From the NCBI GenBank assembly GCA_041750285.1, contig JBGSZS010000018.1:306329-370328 (forward strand): DNA of 64,000 bases, read 5' to 3'. The notes beneath the pieces are model-generated. The model had not been told where the DNA came from. It saw only the letters and a program-made list of their open reading frames with translations, and did not search any database. Every line of letters begins with the position of its first letter. Position 1 is the stretch's first letter. The position numbers and the translations under genes are program-made. The stretch comes from Candidatus Fermentibacteraceae bacterium. Lineage in GTDB: Bacteria; Fermentibacterota; Fermentibacteria; Fermentibacterales; JCC-6. Shown piece by piece: positions 28,039 to 37,776 of this stretch.

Positions 28039-29307
28039 TCAGCTCCTTCTGGAGCCCGGCCTTCCTCCGAAGCGTGGCTTTCTTCTGTCGTCACTGCCCC
28101 GGGTGCCTCTTGAGGTGTTCCGTCCGAAGTTCACGGGCGCCGGCTGGCAGGACCTGAAAGCTTCGTCAGAGTGGAACGCGTGGTTCATCTCCGCGGGAAC
28201 GGGCTTGCCCAGAAGCTTTTCGATCTGAGTAAGGCATTCCCTCTCCTCGGCGCAGCAGAATGATATCGCATCGCCCGACGCTCCCGCCCTGGCGGTTCGG
28301 CCTATCCGGTGTATGTAGGTCTCAGCCTCGATTGGAAGGTCGTAGTTGATCACATGGGTGATGTTGTCTACATCAAGCCCACGGGCGGCGACATCGGTCG
28401 CAACCAGGACCTGAAAGCGGTTCCCCTTGAACCCGGAAAGGGCGCTGGTCCTCGCAGACTGGCTCTTGTTCCCGTGGATCGCGATGCCGCTTATTCCGGT
28501 TGCCTGGAGCTTCTTGACCACCTTGTTCGCGGTGTGCTTCATCTGGGTGAAGATGAGCGCCTTGCCGACCTGGGGGTTGTTGAGAAGCGATACGAGAAGG
28601 GCGTCCTTGTCTCCTTTGCCAACGAAGAGAACCTTCTGGTCGATGCTTTCCACGGTGGGTTTTCCGGGTTCGATGGAAACCCTCTGCGGATCCCGGACCA
28701 TGGTCCGGGCAAGCTCCTCCATCACCGGTGACATGGTGGCCGAGAAGAAAAGGGTCTGACGGCGCTCGGGAATACGGGCAAGCACCTTCCTTATGTCGGG
28801 TATGAACCCCATGTCAAGCATTCTGTCGACTTCGTCGAGCACGAAGACCTCCACCTTCTCCAGGTGGATGATTCCCTGTTCCATGAGGTCGAGAAGCCTG
28901 CCGGGGGTTGCCACCAGTATGTCGACACCACGTTTCAATGCCTTCTCCTGGGGCAACTGGCTGACGCCGCCGAACACAACGGTATGGTGCAGGCGTAGAA
29001 AACTGCCGTATGCGCTTATGCTTGCGCCGATCTGGGCGGCAAGCTCACGCGTGGGAGCGAGTATGAGCGCTCTGGGAGTGCCGGGCCACGGCCTGGTCGT
29101 GTTCCGCGACAGCTTCTGAAGAAGGGGAAGCACGAACGCCGCTGTTTTCCCCGTGCCGGTCTGAGCCGTCCCCAGAAGGTCACGTCCGTCGAGCAGGTGC
29201 GGGATGCACTGCTCCTGGATGGGAGTGGGTGTTTCGTAACCCTCAGCCGCCAAAGCCTTTTGAAGCTCGGGCATGAGGGCCTCGAATGCGTTGTGGGAAT
29301 GCGGCAT
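28039..29307 (-). CDS. DEAD-box RNA helicase (RhlE-like; DEVD variant)
   Basis: PTPIQ, AQTGTGKT, PTRELA, DEVD, SAT, HRIGRT; start uncertain (29307 or 29361). Confidence 0.93.
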   Translation of the reverse strand: MPHSHNAFEALMPELQKALAAEGYETPTPIQEQCIPHLLDGRDLLGTAQTGTGKTAAFVLPLLQKLSRNTTRPWPGTPRALILAPTRELAAQIGASISAYGSFLRLHHTVVFGGVSQLPQEKALKRGVDILVATPGRLLDLMEQGIIHLEKVEVFVLDEVDRMLDMGFIPDIRKVLARIPERRQTLFFSATMSPVMEELARTMVRDPQRVSIEPGKPTVESIDQKVLFVGKGDKDALLVSLLNNPQVGKALIFTQMKHTANKVVKKLQATGISGIAIHGNKSQSARTSALSGFKGNRFQVLVATDVAARGLDVDNITHVINYDLPIEAETYIHRIGRTARAGASGDAISFCCAEERECLTQIEKLLGKPVPAEMNHAFHSDEAFRSCQPAPVNFGRNTSRGTRGSDDRRKPRFGGRPGSRRS

Positions 29308-29570
29308 GGAATCCGTGGATCCCTCGGTGCGCTTTGAGGGCGCGCAGGTATGTTCTTTCATGATACTTTCCTGGTCCGGCGCTTAATACGATCTCTACCC
29401 GCCGGACGCGTGGGAAAGAAAGGACCGCAACTTTTGCGGTATTGAGTGAAGGGGGTTTACAAAAACCTTGTTTCCCCCGGTTTGAAGCGTATCATACACA
29501 ACGGGAAGCGAATATGCAAATCACTCGCAGCGGGTCATGCGAATCAGAGTCAGTGAGAGTGGGTGCTGAT

Positions 29571-30008
29571 GTGAATTGCTGGATGGTTCCGGACACGGCA
29601 GACCGGTTGACCGTTCCCATCGTTATGGCTTGCGGTCTGCTCTTCTCGCCGTCATGCTCATCGGGGGAAAGCGTACTTGTTTCCCCCTCGGGAGAGTACG
29701 TTGCATTCCTCTCGATCCAGTCTCTTCCCGAAGGATACGGTGTCTGGGTCGTCAATGTAACCGGCGGTGAAGACAGGGTCCTTCTGGCTGAAGTAATGCC
29801 CGACCACCCCGCCTCGCTCATGGCGTACCTGGCCTGGGACGACGACGACAGGTTGTGGTGGTACGGCAGTGATGACGGCAGTGTATTTTACTGGGTCCGG
29901 TCCGGAACGGCATGGACACGCTGCACATACTCCTCCGGCGGCGATGAAGGGCCTGTTCCCCCGCCCAGCCTGTTCACGTGCGGGAACAGGACCCGGTCAG
30001 GGAGGTAG
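29571..30008 (+). CDS. Hypothetical protein
   Basis: Open frame with SPSG and W-rich segments; start uncertain. Confidence 0.5.
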   Translation: MNCWMVPDTADRLTVPIVMACGLLFSPSCSSGESVLVSPSGEYVAFLSIQSLPEGYGVWVVNVTGGEDRVLLAEVMPDHPASLMAYLAWDDDDRLWWYGSDDGSVFYWVRSGTAWTRCTYSSGGDEGPVPPPSLFTCGNRTRSGR

Positions 30009-30045
30009 AGTTTCGGGCTTGTTCCATTCAGAAGGAGTGATCGAT

Positions 30046-30807
30046 ATGAAACGGCTTATCTCGACGGCGATCCTGGTTCTTCTTGTTTCAGGCTGCTCCG
30101 ATTCACCCGGCGCCCCGGCTGGAACCCTCCCTGTCGTTCAGAACTGCAGGATTGTAACCGGGGCGTGCAGGGGTGACACCGTAACCGTGGCTTGGGATCC
30201 CGTCTCAGTGGAGGTGGATGGCTACAGGGTCTGGTATTCGACAACGAACCCGGGGAACTGGCAGATCATTGCCCAGGTGGAAGCGACCACGGCTGTGCAC
30301 ATCGCCTCGAGCACCGGCTACTACTGCGTGGATGCCATTGACGGCATCAATTCTTCAGAGGACCAGTCAAACAAGGCCGACGACAGGGCGGAGATGTTCG
30401 CGCTCGACGATACTCTCCACGCTTCGGGGAACAACGGAATACGGTTCCTTCCAACCCATGTGGCTTTCGGTGACGCGAGTGACCCGTCGTTCAGGCAGGA
30501 CCTGTATGTGAGGTGGGAAGGTGACACCGCCCTGTTCTGCCGCGGCAACTACGATCCCGAGGGTTACCCCGGCGGCACCTACAGCCATGTCGCCCTGGCT
30601 TCCAACACCCTTGCCCCCGGTCCCGGTGATTCGGCCTGGCAAAGCACCATCGCCGCCCAGAGCGGAGCCTCCTACTTCGTCTCCCTTGAGAGTGGTGATT
30701 ACGCAATGCTGAGCGTTGATTCCGTAAGTTCAGACATGGTTCTGCTGGGTTTCAGCCAGTATCAGACCATTGCAGGACTCAGGCTCTTCAACCCTTTCCT
30801 TTTCTGA
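30046..30807 (+). CDS. Lipoprotein with FN3-like domain
   Basis: Lipobox VSGC; V.W....GYRVWY pattern. Confidence 0.7.
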   Translation: MKRLISTAILVLLVSGCSDSPGAPAGTLPVVQNCRIVTGACRGDTVTVAWDPVSVEVDGYRVWYSTTNPGNWQIIAQVEATTAVHIASSTGYYCVDAIDGINSSEDQSNKADDRAEMFALDDTLHASGNNGIRFLPTHVAFGDASDPSFRQDLYVRWEGDTALFCRGNYDPEGYPGGTYSHVALASNTLAPGPGDSAWQSTIAAQSGASYFVSLESGDYAMLSVDSVSSDMVLLGFSQYQTIAGLRLFNPFLF

Positions 30808-30847
30808 GAAACTCCGGGAAGTTCATCAGAAAAACGATTGGTGCCAT

Positions 30848-31657
30848 ATGACAAGGGACTACGAGGCGGAGAGGATCAACCGTGCCTGCTGGGACGAGAT
30901 GGCGCCTGTCCATGACCGGTCCTACGACATGTCGGCGCTCCTCGCGGGGGGGCACAGGCTTGACCATGTGCAGGTCGGCGAGATAGGCGATTTGCGAGGA
31001 AAGAGGGTGCTTCACCTTCAATGCCACATAGGGACCGACACGCTCTCACTCGCAAGGCTGGGGGCGGATGTCACGGGCGTGGACTTCTCGGCCGGGTCAC
31101 TGGAGGCCGCGGTGGAACTTTCGAGAAAGACGGGGCTTGAAGCCCGGTTCATCCTTTCCCCGATCTACGACCTGCGTGATCATCTCACCGAGAAGTTCGA
31201 CCTGGTATATACCTCCATCGGCGTTCTTTGCTGGAACTCCGACATCAACCTGTGGGCCGGCATCGTGGCCGATTTCCTCAAGCCGGGGGGAAAGTTCTAC
31301 CTGATGGAGTCACACCCCTTCCTGAACGTATTCGACGACGAAGCAAGCTCGCTCGTTGTTTCCAACCCCTATTTCACGGGGGGAAAACCCAGGGACTGGC
31401 CCGGGGGGTCTCCGGACTACGCCGACGAAAGCTACATTGTCAGGAACTCGACGAGAGAATTCACCTGGACGTTGGGGAACGTGCACAACGCACTCGTCGA
31501 TGCCGGGCTTCGGATCGAGTGGATACACGAATTCGACTTCCTGCACTGGAAGGCCCTAGAGTGCATGGAGCCCTGCGGGGACGGCTTCTGGCGCCTGCCT
31601 GAGCCCCTGAACATGATACCGCTTCTCTTCAGCCTCATGGCGGAAAAGCCCGGGTGA
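30848..31657 (+). CDS. Class I SAM-dependent methyltransferase
   Basis: LHLQCHIGTDT, GVDFS, FDLVYTS.G, LKPGG. Confidence 0.9.
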   Translation: MTRDYEAERINRACWDEMAPVHDRSYDMSALLAGGHRLDHVQVGEIGDLRGKRVLHLQCHIGTDTLSLARLGADVTGVDFSAGSLEAAVELSRKTGLEARFILSPIYDLRDHLTEKFDLVYTSIGVLCWNSDINLWAGIVADFLKPGGKFYLMESHPFLNVFDDEASSLVVSNPYFTGGKPRDWPGGSPDYADESYIVRNSTREFTWTLGNVHNALVDAGLRIEWIHEFDFLHWKALECMEPCGDGFWRLPEPLNMIPLLFSLMAEKPG

Positions 31658-31856
31658 CGCCCCCCCTCCTGTTCCCCGGGATGGCGGCTTCCGGGAAAGG
31701 GTGGCTTGCCCGTCCGTGTGACAGCGACGCCGTGTCAGAACCCTGACTGAAGCTGTCACGTCTTTCTGCGACAGGCATGTCCCGGCATATTCAGTGTGTT
31801 TTCACTGGTGCGGTGTCGGGCGCCCGCACCAGGTTCTTCCGGGCGGGAGAAGTACA

Positions 31857-32774
31857 TTGTTCCATCTGTTCATGGCCGTTCTATGCAGTTCTTCAGTCGC
31901 CGTTCTTCTTCGTGTTTCCGGACGTCTTGGTCTCAGGAAACTTGAAGTCATCGCGGTGAACTACCTCACCGCAGTCGTGGTATCACTTCTTATCCAGGGC
32001 GGGAGCATCGGGACCTCCTTCGGGACCGTTGATGCACTGGCAAGGCATTTCGTCCGCGGTGGCGGTCCGATCCCTGCCCACCACGGTGGGGTTCTCTGGG
32101 GCATCGCCGCCGGAATTCCTCTGGGGGTCGTTTACTTCATGGCGTTCATGGTTTACAGGAAGGCTCTTCGTGAGAACGGCCTCGGGCTGTCCGGCGGATT
32201 CGCAAAAATGGGAATTCTCATGCCCATGGCGCTTTCGATGCTCATATGGGGAGAGCTCCCGGGGACGATTCAGTGGGCCGGCATTGCCCTTGCAGTTGCC
32301 GCCGTTTTCATCGGGGCGTTCAGGGGCGCCCGGGAGGGAACCGGCAGGTTCACGCCGGTGCTCTTTCTTCTGTTTGCTGCGAACGGCATGGCCGAGTTCG
32401 GAAGCAAGGTGTACCAGCGCCTTGGGGGTGTGGAGGATCGTGATTTCTTCCTTCTCTGGGTCTTTGGGGTCGCTTTCCTCTGCTCGGTTCTCTGCATCGT
32501 CAAGATGGGCGGGAAGGATCCGGAGAGAAGTGGGTTCAGACCTTTGTCAGCCGCGCTGGGTGTCCCGCTCGGGCTTGTCAACTACTTCAGCTCATGGTTC
32601 CTCATCCCCGCTCTTGGTGAACTCAACTCCTCCGTTGTATTCTCTGTCTTCGGCGCGGGAACGGTCGCCCTTCTTTCAGTGACTGGCGTCGCGGCATTCG
32701 GTGAACGGCTGGATGGACGGCGGTGGGCTTCACTCGCCATGGTGACCGCCTCCCTTGTGCTGGTGAACATGTGA
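31857..32774 (+). CDS. EamA/DMT-family transporter
   Basis: About ten TM helices; two WGE/FGE repeat ends. Confidence 0.8.
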   Translation: MFHLFMAVLCSSSVAVLLRVSGRLGLRKLEVIAVNYLTAVVVSLLIQGGSIGTSFGTVDALARHFVRGGGPIPAHHGGVLWGIAAGIPLGVVYFMAFMVYRKALRENGLGLSGGFAKMGILMPMALSMLIWGELPGTIQWAGIALAVAAVFIGAFRGAREGTGRFTPVLFLLFAANGMAEFGSKVYQRLGGVEDRDFFLLWVFGVAFLCSVLCIVKMGGKDPERSGFRPLSAALGVPLGLVNYFSSWFLIPALGELNSSVVFSVFGAGTVALLSVTGVAAFGERLDGRRWASLAMVTASLVLVNM

Positions 32775-32787
32775 GGCTGAGGTTTTC

Positions 32788-34161
32788 TTGAGCAGAACTC
32801 CGGGATTTCTGGGAACCGAGCCGGTGGGCAGGCTTCTTTTCAGGATGTCTGCCCCATCGGTTACGGCGATGCTGGTGAATTCCCTTTACAACCTTGTCGA
32901 CACGATCTTCGTGGGACACGGCGTGGGCACCGACGCCCTGGCGGCACTGGCGGTCTGTTTCCCCATTCAGATGTTCATCCTGGCCGCCGCGCAGACCGCA
33001 GGAATAGGCAGTGCTTCGGTCATCAGCAGGGCTCTCGGGGCGGGTAATGTTGAACGGGCGGGAAGGGCGGCCAGTTCTTCCTTTCTGCTCGCCTCGGTGT
33101 CCGCGGTAGTGGTCTGCACCGCGGGGCTTCTTTTCATGAAGCCCATCCTGAGCCTCTTCGGAGCAAGCGGGGCTGTCCTTGCACCGGCTTCCGAGTACAT
33201 GTCGGTCATCTACTTCGGCGGGGTTTTCTTCGCTCTCTCCGTCAACGGTAACAACCTTCTCAGGGCCGAAGGGAAGGCAAGGCTGGCCATGACCACCATG
33301 GTTGTCGGCGCAGTTTCGAACATGCTCCTCGACCCTCTTTTCATATTCGGCTTCGGATGGGGCATCAGGGGAGCGGCCATAGCGACGGTGCTATCGCAAT
33401 TCATCTCATTCAGCTACATATCCAGCGTCTTTCTGAGGGGAAAGAGCGCTCTGGTCATCAGGAAGGTCTGGATGGTGCCCAGGCTGTCCGAAGCGCTCGA
33501 GGTCCTGTCAGTGGGTGTGGCTTCGTTTGCCAGGGTGTGTGCCGGAAGCCTGATGGCGATCGCCGTGAACCGCTCCATTGTGCACTACGGTTCATCCCTT
33601 GAACTGGCGGTCTTCGGAGTGGTGAACAGGATCCTGATGATGTGCTTCATGCCGGTGTTCGGCCTGGCCCAGGGTCTGCAGCCGGTTCTTGGCTACAACT
33701 ATGGCGCGGGGCTCGGAAAAAGGGCCGTCCGTGCGGTAAAACTAGCTGTCCTTTCCGCTTCCGCACTGACCGCTGTCGCCTTCTTCCTCGGGGTCATTAT
33801 TCCCGGGCAGGTACTCTCGGTCTTCAGCAGCGATGACAAACTGCTGGCAGCAGGCCCTTCGATTTTCAGAACGATAACCGCCGGGATGTTCTTCGTGGGT
33901 GCCCAGGTGGTCGGGGCATCGGTGTTCCAGACCCTGGGCAGGGCCGGTATGGCGTTCCTGCTGTCCATATCAAGGCAGGTTCTCTTCGTGATCCCTCTGG
34001 TGCTTCTGCTCCCCGGTGTCACGAACCCACCACTTCTGGGCGTCTGGTCGGCTCTTCCCCTGGCAGATTTCCTCTCATTCCTTGTAACCGGCTCCTTCCT
34101 CCTGCGGGAGATGAGAAAATTGAGGGGTGCTTCTTCTGAGAGTCCTGATCTCGGTCAGTAA
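32788..34161 (+). CDS. MATE efflux transporter
   Basis: YNLVDTIFVG, RAEG, N..LDPLFI, GIRGAAIAT, GYNYGA. Confidence 0.93.
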   Translation: MSRTPGFLGTEPVGRLLFRMSAPSVTAMLVNSLYNLVDTIFVGHGVGTDALAALAVCFPIQMFILAAAQTAGIGSASVISRALGAGNVERAGRAASSSFLLASVSAVVVCTAGLLFMKPILSLFGASGAVLAPASEYMSVIYFGGVFFALSVNGNNLLRAEGKARLAMTTMVVGAVSNMLLDPLFIFGFGWGIRGAAIATVLSQFISFSYISSVFLRGKSALVIRKVWMVPRLSEALEVLSVGVASFARVCAGSLMAIAVNRSIVHYGSSLELAVFGVVNRILMMCFMPVFGLAQGLQPVLGYNYGAGLGKRAVRAVKLAVLSASALTAVAFFLGVIIPGQVLSVFSSDDKLLAAGPSIFRTITAGMFFVGAQVVGASVFQTLGRAGMAFLLSISRQVLFVIPLVLLLPGVTNPPLLGVWSALPLADFLSFLVTGSFLLREMRKLRGASSESPDLGQ

Positions 34162-35101
34162 CCACGGGTGGGGTCACGCCGCCAGACAGAGGGAACTGGT
34201 CCGGCTGTTGTCTTCGAGCGTACACGGTCTGGAGATACATGTCGCTTCAGGGGCGCCGCCATGGTTCTGGCATGGAAGCCCGCTTGCCCGGCTTCATCCG
34301 CCAACCTCTTCTCCCCTTCCAGTTGATGCCGGGGGAGACGTTGATCTTGAACTTACCGAGACGGCCCTTCTTTCTTTCACCAACGGCATGAGAAACAACC
34401 TTGAGCTCGAGAGGGCCCGAATCCACCTTCTCTCACCCGACCTGCTCCTCAGTGACGTCGATCCCCTGCCGGTGCTTGCCTGCTCTGATCTGGGCATTCC
34501 GGCTTTCGTACTGGGCAACTTCACATGGGACTGGATCCATGCGAACCTGTTTCCGGGCCGTTCGTCCGAGTGCTCCAGGATATCATGGGCCTACTCGAGG
34601 GCCACGTATCTGCGCCTGCCCATGGGTCCGGGTTACTCACCCTGCGTCAGCACGACGGAAATGCCCCTCCTGCCGGGGGGCCCCCCCGGAGACGCCCGCC
34701 GTGCGCGCATCATCACCGGTGATCGGCCATACACTCTTCTTGCATTCAGGGAAGTGCCGATGGGTGGAATCCCCTGCACGAAGGGAGAATTCACCGTGGC
34801 ATCCATGGAAACAAACCTGCTGGGTGCGGAACTATGTGTTCCATACAGGGATATGTTGAGCGCAGGCGTGTCGTTCTCGGATCTTGTGGCAGGTGCGGAC
34901 AGGGTCATCTGCAAGGCCGGGTATGGCATCCTGTCGCAACTTCTCGCAGAAGGCAGGGATGCAGTGGTTCTTTCGGGCAGGCGGTTCCCTGAAGAACCGT
35001 TCCTGATTGAGGGATGGAACAGCCTGCGCGGGGATCATGTCGATGGGATGGAGGTCAGGCAGGTTTTCATCGAGTCATTCATCAGAGCCTGCGGGCTTTG
35101 A
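34127..35101 (+). CDS. GT-B fold glycosyltransferase-like protein
   Basis: SNHGWGHAAR, NFTWD, KAGYG, R.FPEE. Confidence 0.7.
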   Translation: MLLLRVLISVSNHGWGHAARQRELVRLLSSSVHGLEIHVASGAPPWFWHGSPLARLHPPTSSPLPVDAGGDVDLELTETALLSFTNGMRNNLELERARIHLLSPDLLLSDVDPLPVLACSDLGIPAFVLGNFTWDWIHANLFPGRSSECSRISWAYSRATYLRLPMGPGYSPCVSTTEMPLLPGGPPGDARRARIITGDRPYTLLAFREVPMGGIPCTKGEFTVASMETNLLGAELCVPYRDMLSAGVSFSDLVAGADRVICKAGYGILSQLLAEGRDAVVLSGRRFPEEPFLIEGWNSLRGDHVDGMEVRQVFIESFIRACGL

Positions 35102-35176
35102 ACCCAAGCTTTTCTTTGGGCCGGTTTTGGTGTAGAATCAAAAGTTGTCCGTATTCCCAATTTCAAGGAGAGTGAA

Positions 35177-36739
35177 ATGCGACTGTTGCCAATTCTGTTT
35201 CTGATCGTAGCTTCTTCCGTTTTCGCAGCCCGGGTGAACGGGCCTTCCGAAGCGGCCGACCTCGTCATGGGCACCATGATGCTCGACATGGACAGGGTCG
35301 AGGTCAGGGTCTTCCCGGCCATTCTCGAGGAGGGTTCCGTTGTCGGGGCATGGTCTTACCCTGGCGTTTTCGCGCCCTTCCAGTCCTATCTTGTACTGGT
35401 TGACGACTTCGCCCTGGCCAACTGGGAGCACCCCTGCCGCTGGGTCTTCGTTTCCCCCCAGGGTGATGTCAGCACTGAACGCATGACCGTCCCGCCCGAC
35501 TTCTACGCACGCATGAGCATTGAATACAGCTCACTCCCCGATATCTCGAACCTGATCAAGGGGCAGTACGAAGACTTCATCGCCTGGTTCGAGCCCAATG
35601 TCCAGGCAACACCCGAGCAGGGTCAGCAGATGTACGCCTGGGTCATCTCCGGCGGAGCCAACATGGGCAACAACCACATCCGCTACTACGGCGATGTCCA
35701 GTTCATCTACAACGTTCTCGTTCACGACTACCTCATCCCGGATGACCACATAATCGTCTGCTTCGCCGACGGAACGAACCCGGCGCCGGACCAGTCGGGA
35801 GGTCTCAACTCGAACCCCGACTTCGACGATGACGGCGACACGGACATCGACTACGACGCCACGACAGCCGGCGTCACCAGTGGATACAACGCAATTGCCG
35901 GCATGGTGGGTCCCGACGACCATCTCTTCATCTTCACCACCGATCACGGCGGTCAGGGCAAGGATGGCGGCAATCTGCCGACCGAGGTCCATCTCAATCT
36001 CTGGAACGCCACTCTCAACGACGACGACTTCATGACCATGCTCAATGGCATCTCTGCTGCGTCGATCAATGTCGTGATGGAGCAGTGCTTCTCCGGCGGT
36101 TTCCAGCAGGAAGTCATCCATGCCGCCGCCGACCAGCCCCGTTCCTTCGCCAGCGCCGCCAATGCATCCGAGTCAAGCTGGGCGGGCCAGACATATCCTC
36201 AGTACGACGAGTACGTCTACTTCTGGACTGGCGCCGTTCACGGCAGCAGACCCGCCGGCGGTTCCTACCCCGCAGGCGCACTCCCGGGCGACCCCGACCT
36301 TAACAGCGACGGCTACATCTCCATGTGGGAAGCGCACGACCGCGCGAAGGCCTGGGACTACTACGCCCAGAGCGGCCAGGAACATCCCCAGTGGGACGAC
36401 CTGCCTGACAGCTGCGGTGAGCTCTACTTCCTCGGCGGCCCCATCCCTGTGGGCACCGAAGGCGGCTTCGTGGAAGTGCTTCCCGCAACGGGTCTCGGCA
36501 TCAGCGTGAACCCCGTGAATTCCGGCGCAACGGTGAGCTTCCACATGAACACCACCGCCGTCGCCGAGCTTCAGGTTCTCGACCTGGCCGGCCGTGTTGT
36601 CAGCACGGTCATTTCCGGCATCGTCCAGGCCGGCAACCAGTCTGTTCTTGTTGACTTCTCCGAGCGTCCCTCCGGCATCTACCTGCTCCGCCTGTCCACC
36701 GAAGGCTCCGTCCAGACCCTCAAGGTAGTCCGCTTCTAG
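35177..36739 (+). CDS. Secreted C13/legumain-like (clan CD) cysteine peptidase with T9SS-like CTD
   Basis: FTTDHGG and MEQCFSGGF His-Cys dyad; NP...DLAGRVV...SGIYL. Confidence 0.85.
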   Translation: MRLLPILFLIVASSVFAARVNGPSEAADLVMGTMMLDMDRVEVRVFPAILEEGSVVGAWSYPGVFAPFQSYLVLVDDFALANWEHPCRWVFVSPQGDVSTERMTVPPDFYARMSIEYSSLPDISNLIKGQYEDFIAWFEPNVQATPEQGQQMYAWVISGGANMGNNHIRYYGDVQFIYNVLVHDYLIPDDHIIVCFADGTNPAPDQSGGLNSNPDFDDDGDTDIDYDATTAGVTSGYNAIAGMVGPDDHLFIFTTDHGGQGKDGGNLPTEVHLNLWNATLNDDDFMTMLNGISAASINVVMEQCFSGGFQQEVIHAAADQPRSFASAANASESSWAGQTYPQYDEYVYFWTGAVHGSRPAGGSYPAGALPGDPDLNSDGYISMWEAHDRAKAWDYYAQSGQEHPQWDDLPDSCGELYFLGGPIPVGTEGGFVEVLPATGLGISVNPVNSGATVSFHMNTTAVAELQVLDLAGRVVSTVISGIVQAGNQSVLVDFSERPSGIYLLRLSTEGSVQTLKVVRF

Positions 36740-36764
36740 GGGACGGACTTAGATAGATTAGTTT
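36738..36764 (+). repeat. Left inverted repeat flanking RAYT gene
   Basis: AGGGGACGGACTTAGATAGATTAGTTT; 25/27 match to reverse complement of 37750-37776. Confidence 0.85.
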
Positions 36765-36775
36765 GCTGGCTTAAC

Positions 36776-36807
36776 AAGAAGGCCTGGAGTAACTTCCAGG
36801 CCTTCTT
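36776..36807. terminator. Hairpin between convergent genes
   Basis: AAGAAGGCCTGGA/TCCAGGCCTTCTT. Confidence 0.6.
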
Positions 36808-36820
36808 CCATATGGGTGTA

Positions 36821-37672
36821 CTATGCTGTGGTTGCTGTGTGTTCTTTTCTGGAGATACATCTGGCAAGAGCAGCTGAGGCTGACGGGGTGGCGATACCCA
36901 GGTAGGAAGCTGCTTCGGTGATTGTGAACCCACAAGCGCAGACGGCTTCTTCAAGAAAATCCTCTCGAGCCCTGGAGAGATGGCTCGTTCGGCCACGGCC
37001 CCTGATCGCATCAGCCGTGACACGGTGTATCGAGGCTATGGTTTCGATAACGGCATCAAGGTTCGAAACTCCTTCTTTTATCGACTGCCTGTCTTTGAAA
37101 CCGCTTGCGACAGATATCTCTCCGTCGGAGATTTGCGTGTCCTGTCTGACTTCGTTGAAGTATTCATCCCTGCTGCCAAAGATGGCGCATGCCCTGTTGA
37201 AATGGGATAGATCGTCAATTCGCGGTGACACTATCTCCCTGTGTCCACACCATGGGTAGCTGTCAAGTTCGGCTATGCTGTTCACCACCCCGTGCTTCAA
37301 AGGGTTTTTATTAACATAGGCAAAAACGGTCCGGCAGTACGATTCGGTTCCTGCAAGCCTGGATTTGTAACGGCCCTGAAAAAGATACCCCACCCTGTTG
37401 TACTTCTCGTTAAAGTGCAGAGAATATCCTGTTAGCGCCCTCCGTATGAATGTTGCCAAGGGCGTGGTCCCGGTCTCGGTGAGCAGGTGGAAGTGGTTCG
37501 GTAGGAAAGACCAGGCATGAATCCTCATGCCGGTTTCCCTCGATAGATACTTCAGCCGGCACAGGAGGTCGTCATAGTCATCAGGATCACGGAATATTGC
37601 CTCCCTGTTGAGACCCCTTGAGATCACATGCTGCAATGCACCCTGCGCGTCGTATCTTGCCTGTCGTCCCAT
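36821..37672 (-). CDS. RAYT-like Y1 HUH tyrosine transposase with C-terminal DnaA_C-like HTH
   Basis: HVISRG, LPNHFHLL (HUH), G.LFQGRY, YVNKNP, YPW. Confidence 0.9.
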   Translation of the reverse strand: MGRQARYDAQGALQHVISRGLNREAIFRDPDDYDDLLCRLKYLSRETGMRIHAWSFLPNHFHLLTETGTTPLATFIRRALTGYSLHFNEKYNRVGYLFQGRYKSRLAGTESYCRTVFAYVNKNPLKHGVVNSIAELDSYPWCGHREIVSPRIDDLSHFNRACAIFGSRDEYFNEVRQDTQISDGEISVASGFKDRQSIKEGVSNLDAVIETIASIHRVTADAIRGRGRTSHLSRAREDFLEEAVCACGFTITEAASYLGIATPSASAALARCISRKEHTATTA

Positions 37673-37749
37673 ACAGGTAAGTACGGCTCAAACCTCAATG
37701 GATTCAAGGCTCTCAGTTATATCGCAGCACAAGAACAGGTTAGCTCAGT

Positions 37750-37776
37750 AAACTAATCTTTCTTAGTCCGTCCCCT
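37750..37776 (-). repeat. Right inverted repeat flanking RAYT gene
   Basis: Reverse complement AGGGGACGGACTAAGAAAGATTAGTTT. Confidence 0.85.
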
